Of a DNA stretch of 40,101 nt, positions 24,715-34,958 are shown piece by piece; position 1 is the stretch's first letter, and each line of letters opens with the position of its first letter. This DNA is from Flavobacteriales bacterium (lineage in GTDB: Bacteria; Bacteroidota; Bacteroidia; Palsa-965), in contig JBEIPA010000040.1 of NCBI GenBank assembly GCA_040377305.1, positions 1-40,101 on the forward strand, written 5' to 3'. The notes beneath the pieces were generated by a model that had not been told where the DNA came from, did not search any database, and was given only the letters and a program-made list of their open reading frames with translations. Made by a program: the position numbers and the translations under genes.

Positions 24715-26667
24715 ATGAAGAAACTTATACTTTCAATTGGTGCTGCTGGTTTAATGATCACTCAACTGCAGGCACAGTTAACCACACAAACTTTCAGTTA
24801 TACAGGCGCTGTACAAACCTTTGTTGTTCCTCCTTGTGTAGATTCTATTTCTTTCGTTTGCAGAGGCGCTGAAGGAGGCGGCAACTCTTCTATTGGTGCT
24901 GGTGGCGGATTAGGCGGATATGTTCAGGGGACAATACCTGTAACAACCGGTCAGACACTTTACATTTATGTTGGCGGCATGGGCGATCCTGCAGGCACAC
25001 CCGGTTACAACGGTGGTGGATTAGGAGTTGGAGGAACTTTGGCCAATCCTGGAAGCGGCGGTGGTGGAGCCTCTGATATTCGCGTGAACGGTACAACACT
25101 TAACGATAGAATTGTAGTCGCTGGTGGCGGTGGTGGCGGAACAGAAAACGGAGGAAATGCTCCCGGTGGTCATGGTGGCGGTCTCGTAGGTGGATCAGGT
25201 TCTCCCGGAACAAACGTTTGGGGTTGTAGTTCACCAACGGATGCAACCGGAGGAACGCAGAGCGCTGGCGGACTTGGAGGAACTTCCGTTAGTTGCGCAT
25301 GGAACGGTACTGACGGTACGTTCGGAATTGGTGGAGATGCATATCCCGTTTATCGCACTTCAGGTGGCGGTGGTGGTTGGTATGGTGGCGGTGGAGCGCA
25401 CAATGGTTGTGGTGGCGGTGGCGGAAGCAGCTATACAGCTCCAACTGTAACCAGTGTCATTCATCAGCAAGGTATTCACACCGGAAATGGCGAAGTTGTG
25501 TTGCAGTACACGCCGGGAACTCCAATAGGTAGCATCTTGGGTCAAGCTTCATTTTGCGCCGGTTCAAGTGAAACGTACAGCGTTACATCACTTCCTGGAA
25601 CATACACGTGGTTCGTCTCTGGTGGTTTAACCATTAATTCAGGTCAAGGAACAAATTCTATAAATGTGACCGGAACAACAGGCGGAACAATCGGAGTTAT
25701 ATATGCAGGCCCTTGCAATTCCGATACATCTTCAACCACAATCATCGTTAATCCAATTCCTGTTGTAAACATTGGTCCAGACACAGCACTTTGTTCGGGA
25801 AACTATTTGCTCGATGCGCAAAATCCCGGCTCAACATATTTGTGGAGCGACAATACAACAGCCCAAACGCTTTCAGTTTCAGCAGCAGGTACATATAGCG
25901 TTGTTGTAACGGATGTAGCAGGATGTTCGGCTTCCGATGCAGTTGCATTTTCATACCATACACTTCCAACAGTTTCTTTAGGTCCCGACCTAACAGTTTG
26001 CGACACTGCTTGTTTGAATGCAGGCAATCCCGGTTCTTCTTATTCATGGAACAACGGAGATACCACGCAAAGCAGTTGTGTGACTTCGAGCGGAGCCTAC
26101 TTCGTTCACGTAATTGATATAAACGGTTGCGATGGTTACGACACGATTACCGTTACTGTTACAGGTTCTCCTTCCGTGTTGTTCACGATGCCAATGACTA
26201 TGGCTTGTGCAGATGACGATTCAATCGCAATAAGTGCAACACCAGCGGGCGGATTGTTCACAGGCACAGGAGTATTTGGAAATATGTTCAGTCCAAGCAA
26301 CGCAGGACCCGGAACGCACATTCTCACGTATTCCTTTACAGATTCTCTCGGCTGTACCGGTATGGACACGTCATCAATTGTTGTCGATCTCTGTTTAGGT
26401 GTAGCGCAGTATTCAGCGCAGCTATACACGATTTATCCGAACCCGGGCGATGGTGTGTTCAACTTAACCGTTGGTAAATCATCAGCGGAAATGAGCATCA
26501 ACGTTATCGATCTCACCGGAAGAATTGTTTTGACACTAAAAGAAAACAATTGCGCCGCAGGATCCACCCGATCAATTGATCTCAGTCAGGTTGAATCGGG
26601 AACTTACGTGATGTTGATTGAATCAGACGGTATTCTCTCCACAGAGAAAGTGGTCATTCAACACTAA
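24715..26667 (+). CDS. T9SS type-A cargo with a glycine-rich (ALK/LTK-like Gly_rich) domain and Ig/PKD-like stalk
   Basis: FSYTGAVQTFVVP, GGGASDIR...RIVVAGGGGG, GGGGWYGGG, GGGGSSY; CTD IYPNP...SGTY...EKVVIQH. Confidence 0.9.
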   Translation: MKKLILSIGAAGLMITQLQAQLTTQTFSYTGAVQTFVVPPCVDSISFVCRGAEGGGNSSIGAGGGLGGYVQGTIPVTTGQTLYIYVGGMGDPAGTPGYNGGGLGVGGTLANPGSGGGGASDIRVNGTTLNDRIVVAGGGGGGTENGGNAPGGHGGGLVGGSGSPGTNVWGCSSPTDATGGTQSAGGLGGTSVSCAWNGTDGTFGIGGDAYPVYRTSGGGGGWYGGGGAHNGCGGGGGSSYTAPTVTSVIHQQGIHTGNGEVVLQYTPGTPIGSILGQASFCAGSSETYSVTSLPGTYTWFVSGGLTINSGQGTNSINVTGTTGGTIGVIYAGPCNSDTSSTTIIVNPIPVVNIGPDTALCSGNYLLDAQNPGSTYLWSDNTTAQTLSVSAAGTYSVVVTDVAGCSASDAVAFSYHTLPTVSLGPDLTVCDTACLNAGNPGSSYSWNNGDTTQSSCVTSSGAYFVHVIDINGCDGYDTITVTVTGSPSVLFTMPMTMACADDDSIAISATPAGGLFTGTGVFGNMFSPSNAGPGTHILTYSFTDSLGCTGMDTSSIVVDLCLGVAQYSAQLYTIYPNPGDGVFNLTVGKSSAEMSINVIDLTGRIVLTLKENNCAAGSTRSIDLSQVESGTYVMLIESDGILSTEKVVIQH

Positions 26668-26683
26668 GAAATAATCGTAGCGT

Positions 26684-26720
26684 AAACGTCCCGACAGCGA
26701 AGCTCGTCGGGACGTTTTTT
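26684..26720. terminator. Intrinsic terminator between convergent genes
   Basis: AAACGTCCCGAC-N10-GTCGGGACGTTTTTT. Confidence 0.85.
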
Positions 26721-27675
26721 ATTTGAATACCGACAGCCAGTGATCGTGCTCCCATTCGAATGGTTGAACTTCCATACGCTGAACCTCACGTGCTATGTTC
26801 TCCGGTGTTTTAAACATCTGAGCGATGGTTCTATAACCAATGTTCGTGTATTTGTAAACATCACCTTCGAAGCATCGCAGAAAAAATGTTTGTTCTACAC
26901 CCACTGGAAATCCAGTCTGAACCGGAGGAACATAAAACATCGTTCCCATTTTCCCGCGCAATGTTTTATCAAACGCAAACCAACCCAGATCAATGGAGTC
27001 GCGTTCATTCTTCGCATAGAGCACCGGACAAATCGCTACAATACCGAAAAGTCCCATTTGCTTTTTTGCATCGTAATACCAGTCTTCCTTCAGACGATAA
27101 CCGATTACATGATGCTGCGGATTGCATTTATTCAGCCGTGTCTCAAACTCAGAATACGAGGATAGTACTCTCATCTCATCGTCTTCTCCGCAGGCAATTA
27201 CTCCGCGATTTTTCATTGCAAGCATAGTGTCCAACAACGCATTCTTCGCGAAAATCGGATTGAACTCGCGGTATGGAACAAATCTCCAAAGTCGTGCTGA
27301 ATGAATTACGGAGTCGGGTTTAATCTCAACATACACACTAAATCTATCGCCAAACCAACCTTTAGAAGTGCTTTGAACAAACTCAATCGGATATAACTGC
27401 GTCCAGGCGTAACCTGTTTCGTAATTCCTCGCCAACACGAGTTTGCCCGTGGAGTCACGAAGATTCCACACGCCATAACGCATATTTCCACTCATCGTTC
27501 CATCCGCTTTCAGCTGACCGTTGGGCCAATAGCTCTTGTACGATCCATTCAGCAAGCCGCGTTCCTTAACGTACTCGACATGAATGCCGTCTTGCTTATA
27601 AATGAGAGGAGTTACTTCACTGAGCGTGAATGAAAAAAGGCCCACGGCCAGAACGATAAATACCAGAATGCGCAT
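26719..27675 (-). CDS. GldN/PorN-like protein with N-terminal MORN-variant repeats
   Basis: NGSYKSYWPNGQLKADG...GVW (MORN_2-like); YRLKEDWYYD...IVAICPV and R.F...VYK.TN...R.I...E..R.E...FEWEHDHW (GldN-like). Confidence 0.72.
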   Translation of the reverse strand: MRILVFIVLAVGLFSFTLSEVTPLIYKQDGIHVEYVKERGLLNGSYKSYWPNGQLKADGTMSGNMRYGVWNLRDSTGKLVLARNYETGYAWTQLYPIEFVQSTSKGWFGDRFSVYVEIKPDSVIHSARLWRFVPYREFNPIFAKNALLDTMLAMKNRGVIACGEDDEMRVLSSYSEFETRLNKCNPQHHVIGYRLKEDWYYDAKKQMGLFGIVAICPVLYAKNERDSIDLGWFAFDKTLRGKMGTMFYVPPVQTGFPVGVEQTFFLRCFEGDVYKYTNIGYRTIAQMFKTPENIAREVQRMEVQPFEWEHDHWLSVFK

Positions 27676-27814
27676 ATAGAAATAACCAGTTAAGACTCAA
27701 AAGATACGACCAACGTCTCAATTCTGTTAATAACCCACAAATCTCGTTCCACAACCCCCGTTTACTCCCGTCTTACGGCTGTCGTCTGGAGTCTTTTTCT
27801 AACTTTGACGTTTA

Positions 27815-29929
27815 ATGAATTTCGCCAATCCAACCTTCCTCTTTGCTCTCGCAGCACTGGCGATTCCAATCCTCATTCACCTCTTCAACTTCCGGAAATT
27901 CCGCCGCGTGATGTTCACGAATGTGCGTTTTCTGAAAGAAGTCCGCCACGACACCAAAGCACGCAACAAACTCAAAAATCTACTGATTCTTGCCTGTCGC
28001 TTGCTCGCTGTTGCATTCCTGGTGTTTGCGTTTGCTCAACCGTTCATTCCTCAGGACAACGCAACGGTTAAGAAGGGCGATAAAGCAATCAGCATCTGGA
28101 TCGACAATTCATTCAGCATGGATGCCGTTGGTACAAACGGAACATTGCTCGACGAAATCAAAAAAGACGCACGCGAAATTGTAGCCGCGTATAACTCAAC
28201 CGATCGTTTTCAATTGCTTACAAACGATTTCGAAGGTCGTCATCAACGCTTAGTGAGCAAGGAAGAATTCCTCGAACTGCTCGAAGAAGTAAAACCTTCT
28301 CCGTCGGTGCGAACTATTTCTGAAGTGGTGCGTCGCCAGCAGGACTTGCTGAACAATACCGCTGATATTGATCCGGCAAACAAAGAAGCTTTCCTCCTCT
28401 CCGACTTTCAGAAAACCATTTCCGACTTCGGGCGAATTGACGCCGACACGGCCATTCAGTTCCGCGAGATTATCGCTTCTGCACAAAACCGAAATAACTT
28501 ATTCATCGATTCAGTTTGGTTTGAATCTCCGGTTCGGAAAATTGATCAGCCCGAAGCCATGCACGTTCGAATTCGTTCCCGTTCCACAGAAGACATGGTG
28601 AACGTTCCGATGCGTTTATACATCAACGGCGCGGCAAAGACACCGGCTAGTTTCTCTGTACCTGCTGGGGGTGTAACAGATACAATTTTGTACTTCTCTG
28701 TTCACGAACCGGGATTGCAACAGGGCATGATCGAGATCAACGATTATCCGGTAACGTTCGACGATCGCTTCTACTTCTCATTCACCGTTCTCAAAAACAT
28801 TCCGGTGTTGTCTATCGAACCTGCAGATGCCATGCTGCCCACGTTCCCGGAAGATCATTACCTCAAGAAACTCTTCGCAACAGATTCTGCTTTCATTTTT
28901 GCGGAGATGGATGAAGGCAAAATTGATTACGCTGCGTTCGCGAATTACCGGTTCATCATCCTGAATAGTCTGACCACAATTTCATCCGGACTGTCAACAG
29001 AACTGAAGAAGTTTGTCGACAACGGCGGAAGCTTGCTCGTGTTGCCGGGAAGAAACGCGCAAGTTGATACGTACAATGCATTGTTGAATCCATTCGGGCT
29101 TGCAGGTTACGGTCCTGCTGTTGTTGATACAGGCTTGCGTCCCGTTACACATCTGAACTTCAATCACGCTTTGTATCAGGGTGTGTTTGAATCAACAAAC
29201 GGAAGAATGGACATGCCGGCAACATCGAAACCATTTCCGATCAAAACCAATTCACAATCGCGTGAAGATGAATTGATGCGTTTGCAGGACGGAAATCTAT
29301 TCCTGGCGAGCTATCGTGTCGGAAAAGGAAATGTTTATCTCTCCGCAGTTGGTTTGTATGGCGGATTCGGCAACTTCCCGCATCACGCGCTCTTTGTTCC
29401 GACCTTGTATCAAATGGCTTTGTTCTCACAGCCACAAAGTGATTTGTATTACACCATCAGCGAAAGCAAACCTGTTGATCTCGGAAACGTGGGTGCGATC
29501 GGAGAGAATCCTTTTCATCTCATCGACATGGAGAAGAAATACGATGTGATTCCGGCTCACGTTGTGCAGGACGGAAAAACTTTGCTCGATGTTCAGCGAC
29601 TCGTTGTTGAACCCGGAAATTATCTGGTGAATCTGGATGCGAAACAAATCACCGGAATTTCATTCAACTACGATCGTACAGAATCAGACATGACGGTTCT
29701 TGTGAAAGACGAATTGCTTGCACAACATGCTGCTGCAGGATTACAGAACTTCACCATTCTTGAAAAAGGTCCGCAAGGACTTACCGACATTCTTTCAGAA
29801 AAAGATTATGGCGTGCGCTTGTGGAAAGTCTGCATCTGGATTGTCCTCGCCTGCCTGCTCGCTGAAATTCTGATTATCCGATTCTGGAAAAACGCTACAC
29901 CAGTCACCATACCAACACCTGCTGCCTGA
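27815..29929 (+). CDS. BatA N-terminal domain / VWA-domain membrane protein
   Basis: MNFANPTFLFAL...IPILIHLFNFRKFR, AFAQP, IDNSFSM, LSDFQ, C-terminal LWK.C...L..LLAEI; TAACTTTG box at 27800-27807. Confidence 0.9.
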   Translation: MNFANPTFLFALAALAIPILIHLFNFRKFRRVMFTNVRFLKEVRHDTKARNKLKNLLILACRLLAVAFLVFAFAQPFIPQDNATVKKGDKAISIWIDNSFSMDAVGTNGTLLDEIKKDAREIVAAYNSTDRFQLLTNDFEGRHQRLVSKEEFLELLEEVKPSPSVRTISEVVRRQQDLLNNTADIDPANKEAFLLSDFQKTISDFGRIDADTAIQFREIIASAQNRNNLFIDSVWFESPVRKIDQPEAMHVRIRSRSTEDMVNVPMRLYINGAAKTPASFSVPAGGVTDTILYFSVHEPGLQQGMIEINDYPVTFDDRFYFSFTVLKNIPVLSIEPADAMLPTFPEDHYLKKLFATDSAFIFAEMDEGKIDYAAFANYRFIILNSLTTISSGLSTELKKFVDNGGSLLVLPGRNAQVDTYNALLNPFGLAGYGPAVVDTGLRPVTHLNFNHALYQGVFESTNGRMDMPATSKPFPIKTNSQSREDELMRLQDGNLFLASYRVGKGNVYLSAVGLYGGFGNFPHHALFVPTLYQMALFSQPQSDLYYTISESKPVDLGNVGAIGENPFHLIDMEKKYDVIPAHVVQDGKTLLDVQRLVVEPGNYLVNLDAKQITGISFNYDRTESDMTVLVKDELLAQHAAAGLQNFTILEKGPQGLTDILSEKDYGVRLWKVCIWIVLACLLAEILIIRFWKNATPVTIPTPAA

Positions 29930-29930
29930 T

Positions 29931-31157
29931 ATGAAAGTTTTACTCCGCAATGCAACCATCACCGACCCAAACTCATCGCACAACGGGAAACAAGCTGATG
30001 TGATCATTGAAGACAATGTCATTACACGAATCAGTTCTGCGTTGCGTGCTGATGGAGCGAAAGAAATCAATTCAGAAAATATTCACATTGCTCCGGCCTT
30101 CGTCGATCTGCACGCGCATGTTTGCGATCCGGGAATGGAACACAAAGAAACGTTAGAGACTGCGGCTGCTTGCGCGAAAGCGGGCGGTTACTCTGCAATA
30201 CTCGCGATGCCCGACACACATCCGGTAATCGACAACAAAGCACAGGTGGAATATGTTCGTCGTCGTTCACAAGGATTGCCGGTCGACATTCTGCCTGCGG
30301 GTGCACTCTCTGCCGGAATCGAAGGCAAAGACATGGCTGAATTATTCGACATGTATTCTGCTGGCGCACGGGTTTTCTGCGATGGCAATAAACCCATCAC
30401 GCACGCAGGTTTACTTGTACGTGCGATGATGTACGCGCATCAGTTCGGCGGAAAAATATTTGCCCGTTGCGACGACAAAACAATTTCTTCCGGCGGACAA
30501 ATGAATGAAGGTCCGACGAGCACCATGCTTGGATTGAAGGGCCTCCCTTCTCTGTCTGAAGATCTGATGGTGGCACGCAATATTTATCTCGCAGAGTTTG
30601 CAAACGCACCGATTCACTTCATGGCTATCAGTACAGCTCGTAGTGTAGAATTAATCCGCGATGCAAAACACCGTGGTCTTCCAATCACAGCCGCAGTACA
30701 CGCGTACAATCTCTACTGGAACGACGAAGTGTTGACCGAGTTCGACACCAACTTCAAAGTGCAACCACCTTTTCGTGGAGAATCGGATCGTCAGGCTTTG
30801 CTCGCAGGAGTTGCCGACGGAACAATTGATTGCATCACCAGCGGACACTTACCTGAAGATGCAGAAAGCAAAGTCGTTGAATTCGACCTCGCTGGTTTCG
30901 GAATGATTGGATTAGAAACTTGTTTTACTCTTGCAAATGCCGCAGGAAATCTTTCCCCCGAACAACTGGTGAAAGCAATGTCAGTTAATCCACGAAAAAT
31001 TCTTGGACTCAATCAACCCAAGATTGAAGAAGGATTAAAAGGCAACTTCGTTGTATTCGATACGAAAGCGAAGTGGAATTATACGAAGACGAAAAGTTTG
31101 AGCAGGAACAGTCCGTTGTTGGGAAGTGAGATGAGTGGTGGGGTGTTGGCGCTGTAG
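29931..31157 (+). CDS. pyrC: Dihydroorotase homologue, probably a catalytically inactive PyrC'-type protein
   Basis: PAFVDLHAH..DPG..HKET, MPDT.PVIDN, FKVQPP.R, GMIGLET; several metal/catalytic positions are substituted. Confidence 0.85.
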   Translation: MKVLLRNATITDPNSSHNGKQADVIIEDNVITRISSALRADGAKEINSENIHIAPAFVDLHAHVCDPGMEHKETLETAAACAKAGGYSAILAMPDTHPVIDNKAQVEYVRRRSQGLPVDILPAGALSAGIEGKDMAELFDMYSAGARVFCDGNKPITHAGLLVRAMMYAHQFGGKIFARCDDKTISSGGQMNEGPTSTMLGLKGLPSLSEDLMVARNIYLAEFANAPIHFMAISTARSVELIRDAKHRGLPITAAVHAYNLYWNDEVLTEFDTNFKVQPPFRGESDRQALLAGVADGTIDCITSGHLPEDAESKVVEFDLAGFGMIGLETCFTLANAAGNLSPEQLVKAMSVNPRKILGLNQPKIEEGLKGNFVVFDTKAKWNYTKTKSLSRNSPLLGSEMSGGVLAL

Positions 31158-31398
31158 GTAAGTTTAAATCCGACCCCACATTCCAACAGGATAACAACCT
31201 CAAAAGCAGAGGGGAATCACTAGTTTTAACTGCTACTAATTAAGGGAAGCTTTCAAGTGGACCACGAATTTATAGAGGGTTCTAATAATTTTCTTTTTAA
31301 AATTTGTGGTTGGCTCACGAACTCATGCAAAAGCCGGTGCACGCACAGTGAATTTATTTCACTTTGCCAATCGGTGCTTAATCATCACAATCAACTAA

Positions 31399-32247
31399 AT
31401 GCTCTCATCACTAAATAACAGGGAATTTGCCGGATTAATCTGGTTAACATTATTTGTTCTCTGGGCTTTCTCATATAAACCCGTAAGAAAAGGTATTCCG
31501 GGCCTGTTTCGCGCGTTCTTGGTGAGAGACATATTAATCTCCATTGTGTTAATGTCTATTTATGTTCTTGGTATCATATTCGTTCTTTACAAGTGTAATT
31601 TCTGGGACGCGAGTTTGATTAAGGATTCAATTGCTTGGTTTGTGGTAGTTGGTTTAATCATGTTGATGACTGCTAACAAGGCACTTGATAATCCAAAGCA
31701 TTTCCGAAAAGTGATTTGGGAGAACGTTAAGTTCACAATCTACTTAGAGTTTATTATCAATCTCTATGTTTTTAGCTTGCCTATGGAGCTGGTTCTCTCC
31801 TTTGTAATTATTCTGTTCAGTATTCTTTCGCTTGTAGGTAGCAGAGTTCCCAAAAGTGAAGGGGTAGTTAAGTTCTTGAACGGAACTTTGGCATTACTAG
31901 GATTTGGGTTGCTTGGTTGGGTTATCTATAAAGTAGCTTCCGATTACAACAACTTTGCTACACTTGAGAACCTCAGGGATTTCCTCTATCCAGTTCTCTT
32001 AGGGCTTGCCTATATTCCGTTCCTGTACCTTTACGCGCTATTTATGTACTATCAGTATTATTACAAAGTGAGAATTAGCTATGGTTTTCAAAAAGATGAA
32101 GAAGTCATACGATATGCGAAACTTAAAATATTTAGAACGGCTCGGTTTAATATGAGCAAACTCCGTTGCATTGATAAGAATCTAAACATTTTCTTAGTCG
32201 AGTCGAAGGCGGAATTAGACCACAAATTAAAGGAGATCTGCAGTTAA
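31399..32247 (+). CDS. Hypothetical integral membrane protein
   Basis: 282 aa with about 6-7 hydrophobic segments. Confidence 0.8.
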   Translation: MLSSLNNREFAGLIWLTLFVLWAFSYKPVRKGIPGLFRAFLVRDILISIVLMSIYVLGIIFVLYKCNFWDASLIKDSIAWFVVVGLIMLMTANKALDNPKHFRKVIWENVKFTIYLEFIINLYVFSLPMELVLSFVIILFSILSLVGSRVPKSEGVVKFLNGTLALLGFGLLGWVIYKVASDYNNFATLENLRDFLYPVLLGLAYIPFLYLYALFMYYQYYYKVRISYGFQKDEEVIRYAKLKIFRTARFNMSKLRCIDKNLNIFLVESKAELDHKLKEICS

Positions 32248-32248
32248 A

Positions 32249-32494
32249 ATGAAAATCGTAGTTACAAAGTTGGCAGCTGCGCATGTCGAAATTGAAATTG
32301 ATACGCCAATCACCATTTCCATAAGTGATGTTTGCGAATTAAGACCTGCGCCTGTAGAGGCCGAGGTTGGCGCATCAATATTGTATTTCATGGATGGCTC
32401 GACGGTCAACGTTGTTGAATCACCAGGCGAAGTTCGGGCTATGTTGCAACGGAGTAAAAGACATTACTTTCAACGGGGCTTTAGTAGAAATTAA
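32249..32494 (+). CDS. Small FlbD-like hypothetical protein
   Basis: I...DG....V.ES..EV...L pattern typical of the FlbD family. Confidence 0.5.
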   Translation: MKIVVTKLAAAHVEIEIDTPITISISDVCELRPAPVEAEVGASILYFMDGSTVNVVESPGEVRAMLQRSKRHYFQRGFSRN

Positions 32495-32624
32495 ATTCTG
32501 TTTGTTAGTGATTGCGCTTTAAAAAGGCACTTCAGTGTCGACTTATCGAAAATTCGTCGAATTGCTACTCTTAGTTACCAACAGGTCTTGACTGGAATAT
32601 GCTCCGTTTTGTACATTTGATTAT

Positions 32625-32822
32625 ATGAGAAACTTTTTACTATTTCTATTTGTAATATTTGTTGTAATTGTAGCTGTATTATGGTCGAAGGATGATTCGA
32701 GTGCTAGTTCATGCGATGATAATGATAACAACAATCAAGCACCAAAATCCTTAAATCCTCAAGCCTTACTTTCGCTGACGTTGACGAAAATATATTCGAG
32801 CAACGTGATACGACTTTCGTAA
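32625..32822 (+). CDS. Possible small membrane protein
   Basis: TACATTTG box 5 nt before the ATG and an N-terminal TM segment; short and low complexity. Confidence 0.35.
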   Translation: MRNFLLFLFVIFVVIVAVLWSKDDSSASSCDDNDNNNQAPKSLNPQALLSLTLTKIYSSNVIRLS

Positions 32823-32848
32823 AGCATTCTGATTATTCTCTTTGAGCT

Positions 32849-33703
32849 ATGGGCATCACGCGAGATACCATGTTTAGCACTTTCGTGGCCATTGGAATTT
32901 TCATCCTTGGTTACATAGCTAACCGTATTTATGAAAATTGGAAGAAAAGGCAGGAACTAGAGGAGATACGCAAGTACTTCTATATACTTGTTAAGTTACT
33001 TTCCGAACCGATTGATAAGCAAATCAAAGGCTTTCTCGAGTTTTGTGACGTATTGAAAAAACCTCCTGGCGGTAGATACGCATTTACGGCAGTTGCAAGT
33101 TTCAGCTTAGAGACACTAAAGCAAGTTCAACACTTCGATCTGTACCAAATATTTTTGAAAGGAAAATCTAAAGTGAATCATGCTAAGACATTGGAATTCG
33201 AAAACAAAGTAAAGTCGTTCCAAAAAATTCACGATAGCATCCATGTTCTTGAGAGTATTGAAGGACAGTACCTCAATACATATTCAGACTTTATCGAAGG
33301 AAAGAAGATATATGAAAAGTTGTGGGTTGAGAGTGCGACTGCGTTACAAACATTTTTGCTTGAACAATCTGGAATTCTAACAGCTAAAAAGTCAAATACT
33401 GACGAGGAACCATTCTTTCATGAATTAACACAGCACACCATTTCTTTCCAAGAGAGAGAGGATAAAGATGCCATCCATATTATGGTTGAACATTACATCC
33501 GACCTGCCCAAGATATATGTGAAAAACATATCGTTGATGAAAGAGCAGTTCTTTTCTTAACTAGGTTGATTGCCTGTATGGATGCTTATGATGCAATTGT
33601 AAGAATGCATCACACGACACGAACCCAGTTTCTATTGTACGCTCGGAGAACGCAGACGGCAAAAATAGATTTGGAGAAAGGGTTGAATGAATTGAAAGCG
33701 TAG
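32849..33703 (+). CDS. Hypothetical protein with an N-terminal TM anchor and a helical body
   Basis: 284-aa ORF; FVAIGIFILGYI followed by a charged helix. Confidence 0.75.
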   Translation: MGITRDTMFSTFVAIGIFILGYIANRIYENWKKRQELEEIRKYFYILVKLLSEPIDKQIKGFLEFCDVLKKPPGGRYAFTAVASFSLETLKQVQHFDLYQIFLKGKSKVNHAKTLEFENKVKSFQKIHDSIHVLESIEGQYLNTYSDFIEGKKIYEKLWVESATALQTFLLEQSGILTAKKSNTDEEPFFHELTQHTISFQEREDKDAIHIMVEHYIRPAQDICEKHIVDERAVLFLTRLIACMDAYDAIVRMHHTTRTQFLLYARRTQTAKIDLEKGLNELKA

Positions 33704-33705
33704 AA

Positions 33706-34464
33706 TTATGTTCGCTTCTCTTTATCAAGCTTATTCGCGTGCGCTTCTAACTCCTTTATTCTGCTTGTGATTTTTTCCGATTGTTGAATTTCAGTTGCAC
33801 GTTTGTCCACGCAAATTCCGAGACCGTGGTGTTCTGAAATATGGCGACCTGTTGGTTGAGTAATCTGAACATATATTACGCCAACATCTGGGTGAAGGTC
33901 TGCATGCCAAGGCACGTTGTACACCTCTTCAAGAGTTTCACCATCAGCATGGCGAAACAGAGTATTTACACCAGTCTTATTCCTTCCATCCGTTAGAATT
34001 AGAAATAGAAGGTATGTTTTGTGAAAGTTGTGTAGTCTAAGTTGTGTGGCTTGCTTTATGCCTTTCTCTATCTGAGTAAGCTTGTTCACTTTTTCTTTGC
34101 CCGTATTTTCCACAGTCACTTTTACACGTTTACATTCAATGGCAACCGCATGTTGATGTTCACCGTCTTCCCAAATGACAATATCAACATCTCCAGGCAA
34201 CTCACCTTTTTCAATTATCGGTTCCGCAATCTGTCTTGCAACTCTATGATTTTTCGACTTGCCAACAATTTCTCCAATAATGTGCTGCCTTGAAAATTCG
34301 TCGTCAAGAATCCATTTGATTATTTCATGTTCACCCCATTCGCCAATGCTATTTCCTTCTTCCTCCTTTCCGTTATCCTGAAAAAAATCAAAGTTTGATT
34401 GTCCCGGAATTAATTTCTGGAGGTGTGCGTGAATCTGATGAAAAATTAGTCTTCGTGATGCCAT
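33706..34464 (-). CDS. PD-(D/E)xK nuclease-like hypothetical protein
   Basis: PGDVDIV...AIECKR...KG..Q pattern; ATG at 34464. Confidence 0.6.
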   Translation of the reverse strand: MASRRLIFHQIHAHLQKLIPGQSNFDFFQDNGKEEEGNSIGEWGEHEIIKWILDDEFSRQHIIGEIVGKSKNHRVARQIAEPIIEKGELPGDVDIVIWEDGEHQHAVAIECKRVKVTVENTGKEKVNKLTQIEKGIKQATQLRLHNFHKTYLLFLILTDGRNKTGVNTLFRHADGETLEEVYNVPWHADLHPDVGVIYVQITQPTGRHISEHHGLGICVDKRATEIQQSEKITSRIKELEAHANKLDKEKRT

Positions 34465-34471
34465 AATCAAT

Positions 34472-34506
34472 AAAAAAGCAGCTCACCCGGAACGGGTAAA
34501 CTGCTT
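34472..34506 (-). terminator. Intrinsic terminator ending just upstream of the nuclease-like ATG
   Basis: Minus strand AAGCAGTTTACCCG-TTC-CGGGTGAGCTGCTTTTTT. Confidence 0.75.
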
Positions 34507-34559
34507 CATTTTATATTCTTAGTGTAGTTGTAGTAGTTCTGCGTAATTAATGATTCATC

Positions 34560-34958
34560 TTAAACCAATTTCGCGGGAACGCGATAGTGACTATAATAAA
34601 ACTCCACTTTAAAATCTTTCACTTCGTCAAAGTTGTGTCCTTCTTCGCACAATTTCACAAAACCAGTCTGGGTCATTACACCAAACAGTACGTGGACAAA
34701 GCAACCTTCGGGATATTCCAAGTGTGGCTTTCTTCCGTTGAGAAAGTTAGACTCAAATTTTTTATATGGCATTGTGCTTGACCACAACACTTGTCCCCAA
34801 TTGTGTACAGCAATGCAAACATGTAATTCGTCTACATTTCCTTCAATAACGTTAAGCCGCTGCAGTTGGACAAGGTTTGCGTCATCTGCATACATCACCT
34901 TAAATGAAACGCAATCTCTTTTGGAAATCAAAGCATAATCACCTTTTATAGCTTTCAT
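34560..34958 (-). CDS. Hypothetical protein
   Basis: 132-aa ATG ORF preceded by a TATCTTTA box. Confidence 0.6.
   Translation of the reverse strand: MKAIKGDYALISKRDCVSFKVMYADDANLVQLQRLNVIEGNVDELHVCIAVHNWGQVLWSSTMPYKKFESNFLNGRKPHLEYPEGCFVHVLFGVMTQTGFVKLCEEGHNFDEVKDFKVEFYYSHYRVPAKLV

Noticed and set aside
24870-25440. GGT/GGC-rich DNA repeats
   Set aside because: Fully explained by the glycine-rich coding domain.
27725-27756. DnaA-box-like TGTTAATAA / TTCCACA motifs suggesting an origin
   Set aside because: Only one or two degenerate boxes, with no cluster or unwinding element.
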